From the NCBI GenBank assembly GCA_033579375.1, contig JAVQVU010000007.1:63118-127117 (forward strand): a stretch of DNA of 64,000 bases, written 5' to 3'. Below are positions 62,618 through 64,000 of this stretch, piece after piece. Origin of the DNA: Anaerolineae bacterium (GTDB lineage: Bacteria > Chloroflexota > Anaerolineae > Aggregatilineales > Phototrophicaceae). Positions within the stretch are counted from its first letter, which is position 1, and the number at the start of each line of letters is the position of its first letter. Below the pieces are notes generated by a model that was not told the DNA's origin, ran no database searches, and saw only the letters and a program-made list of their open reading frames with translations. The position numbers were made by a program, and so were the translations under genes.

Positions 62618-64000
62618 ATGCGTATCGTCCTCATCTCGCTTGCCCTGCTGATCGGAGCAAGCCTGCTGTTGGCCCAGAGCAACGTCACAGCCGAGGCTAT
62701 AGGCCAGGCCAACGTGCGAGCTAGCGTCGGCGTAGATGCCCTCAAGGTGGGCGAAATCAGCAGCGGTACGCGCTACCCTGTCATTGGCCGCAGCGAATTC
62801 TTCCCCTGGGTGCTAATCGCTGACCCTGTCACACTGCGCCCGCTGGGCTGGGTCTTCCAGGATTTGGTGACGATCCAGGGCAACCTCAACAGCGTGCCGC
62901 TCTCCAGCCAAGTAATCGATCCCAACGCCCTGCCTACACCTATGCCTACCCTGGCCATACCTGCCCTCACCTTGCCTACCTCGCCTATCCTAGCCACGCC
63001 TAGCGCTACGCCAGCACAGCCCACGCCGACTCTGGCCTCCAACGTCATCGGCACAGTAAAAGGCGAGGTCAACATACGCTATGGGCCAGGGATCAACTAT
63101 CCGCGCTTGGGGGTCGCTCAAGCAGGCGAACGCTTCGCCATTGTGGGTTACCATACCCAATTCCCCTGGGCGCAAGTGGCCTATGCCAATTCGCCTAATG
63201 GCCGCGCTTGGATTGCGCTGGATTTGCTAGAGGTGCAAGGCAACATCTTCAGCCAACCAGCCATCAGCGACGCTGTGCTGAACCTGCCTACGCTCACCCC
63301 CACTCCCTCGGTCATCACTTCCGTGAGCATAGATGGACAGCAGGCGGTCGCCATCAGTCCGTCCTTTGCAGCTCTGGGTAATCAGCTTTACGACCTGTTC
63401 CTGCGCGGCAAATTCGACCCAGCCACTAGCCGTTTTGGCGCGCTATTCCTGATGGACTTGCAGACAGGCGAAACGCTGACTTTTGGCGACAACATCGCCT
63501 TTAGTGGCACGTCCGTCATGAAAATTGCCATTCTTGCCCGCCTTTATGGCACGCTGAGCGCACCACCGGACGAACGCACTGCCACAGACATCGCCAATAC
63601 CATGATTTGCAGCGAGAATGGCGCAACCAATCGCCTGCTGGCCCTTATTGGCAGTGGCGACGAATGGAACGGCGCACTAGAAGTGACGCGCTTCATGAAC
63701 GTGTTAGGCCTGGAGAGCAGCTTCATCACCTCACCCTACATCGTCGATCCGAGCAGACCGCCCGTGCCGCCCCGTCCTATCCCTATCCCCACCACCTCCG
63801 CTGACCAGAAGCGTGCCAATCCTGACTTCTCCAACCAGACAACCGTGAGTGAGATGGGCCTCCTGTTGGCCAGCATGTACCAATGTGCCTATCAAGATCG
63901 CGGCCCGCTGATCGAAAACCCTGCTCTTGCGGGCGCGTATGAGCCGCGCGAATGTCGCCAAATGCTCCACGTCATGAGCAACAACACCGTCGACGCATTG
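62618..64000 (+). CDS. secreted protein with two SH3b-like domains and a class-A beta-lactamase-like serine hydrolase domain (3' end off-window)
   Basis: It is not in the ORF track because there is no stop inside the window. My translation from the ATG at 62618 starts MRIVLISLALLIGASLLLAQS (signal peptide). SH3b-like segments are ANVRASVGVDALKVGEISSGTRYPVIGR and VNIRYGPGINYPRLGVAQAGERFAIVGY. The motifs SVMK (SxxK) and CSENGATN (SDN-like) are present. Confidence 0.7.
   Translation, partial: MRIVLISLALLIGASLLLAQSNVTAEAIGQANVRASVGVDALKVGEISSGTRYPVIGRSEFFPWVLIADPVTLRPLGWVFQDLVTIQGNLNSVPLSSQVIDPNALPTPMPTLAIPALTLPTSPILATPSATPAQPTPTLASNVIGTVKGEVNIRYGPGINYPRLGVAQAGERFAIVGYHTQFPWAQVAYANSPNGRAWIALDLLEVQGNIFSQPAISDAVLNLPTLTPTPSVITSVSIDGQQAVAISPSFAALGNQLYDLFLRGKFDPATSRFGALFLMDLQTGETLTFGDNIAFSGTSVMKIAILARLYGTLSAPPDERTATDIANTMICSENGATNRLLALIGSGDEWNGALEVTRFMNVLGLESSFITSPYIVDPSRPPVPPRPIPIPTTSADQKRANPDFSNQTTVSEMGLLLASMYQCAYQDRGPLIENPALAGAYEPRECRQMLHVMSNNTVDAL

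Overview
GC-rich, very tightly packed bacterial chromosomal segment. The gene content and style (Pro/Thr linkers, LysM proteins, F420 genes) suggest Chloroflexota, but that taxonomic call is low confidence. I can support about 55 protein genes, one tRNA-Leu(CAG), two clear intrinsic terminators and a few sigma70-like promoters. I saw no rRNA, CRISPR array, transposase, integrase or prophage. Content from left to right: (1) a Bat-type aerotolerance operon (VWA, TPR, BatD-like, TPR-SH3). (2) sucCD. (3) A LysM / M23 cell-wall cluster. (4) fabF-fabH. (5) A GNAT-like gene with MenC/NSAR, then proC. (6) A 22.5-kb array of 22 minus-strand genes (16212-38693). It mixes a molybdenum-hydroxylase purine-type module (YqeC-MocA fusion, XDH-family Mo subunit, FAD-[2Fe-2S] fusion, XdhC, SsnA-like amidohydrolase, carbamate kinase, YgeW-like carbamoyltransferase, two fold-type-II PLP enzymes) with a cofactor F420 block (cofC, cofD, stand-alone nitroreductase, cofE, fno, LLM oxidoreductase). 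It also carries a GT2/GT-C pair and a non-canonical Mug-like glycosylase. (7) GH31, an SNF2 helicase with a SWIM protein, a K+/H+ antiporter, arginase, and an mhq-like dioxygenase/esterase pair. (8) A 1,879-aa secreted protein whose N-terminus looks like an Flp/TadE-type prepilin signal, followed by PA14-like and repeated jelly-roll modules. (9) folD, a COG0402 deaminase, a Nudix gene and a YgeY-like gene, then tRNA-Leu, then a partial SH3b / class-A-beta-lactamase-like gene that runs off the window. The most interesting candidates are the giant pilin-headed protein and the possibly F420-linked variant of the YqeC/SsnA/YgeW/YgeY molybdenum-hydroxylase neighbourhood. All homology calls come from motifs read by eye and from remembered family signatures; no searches were run.
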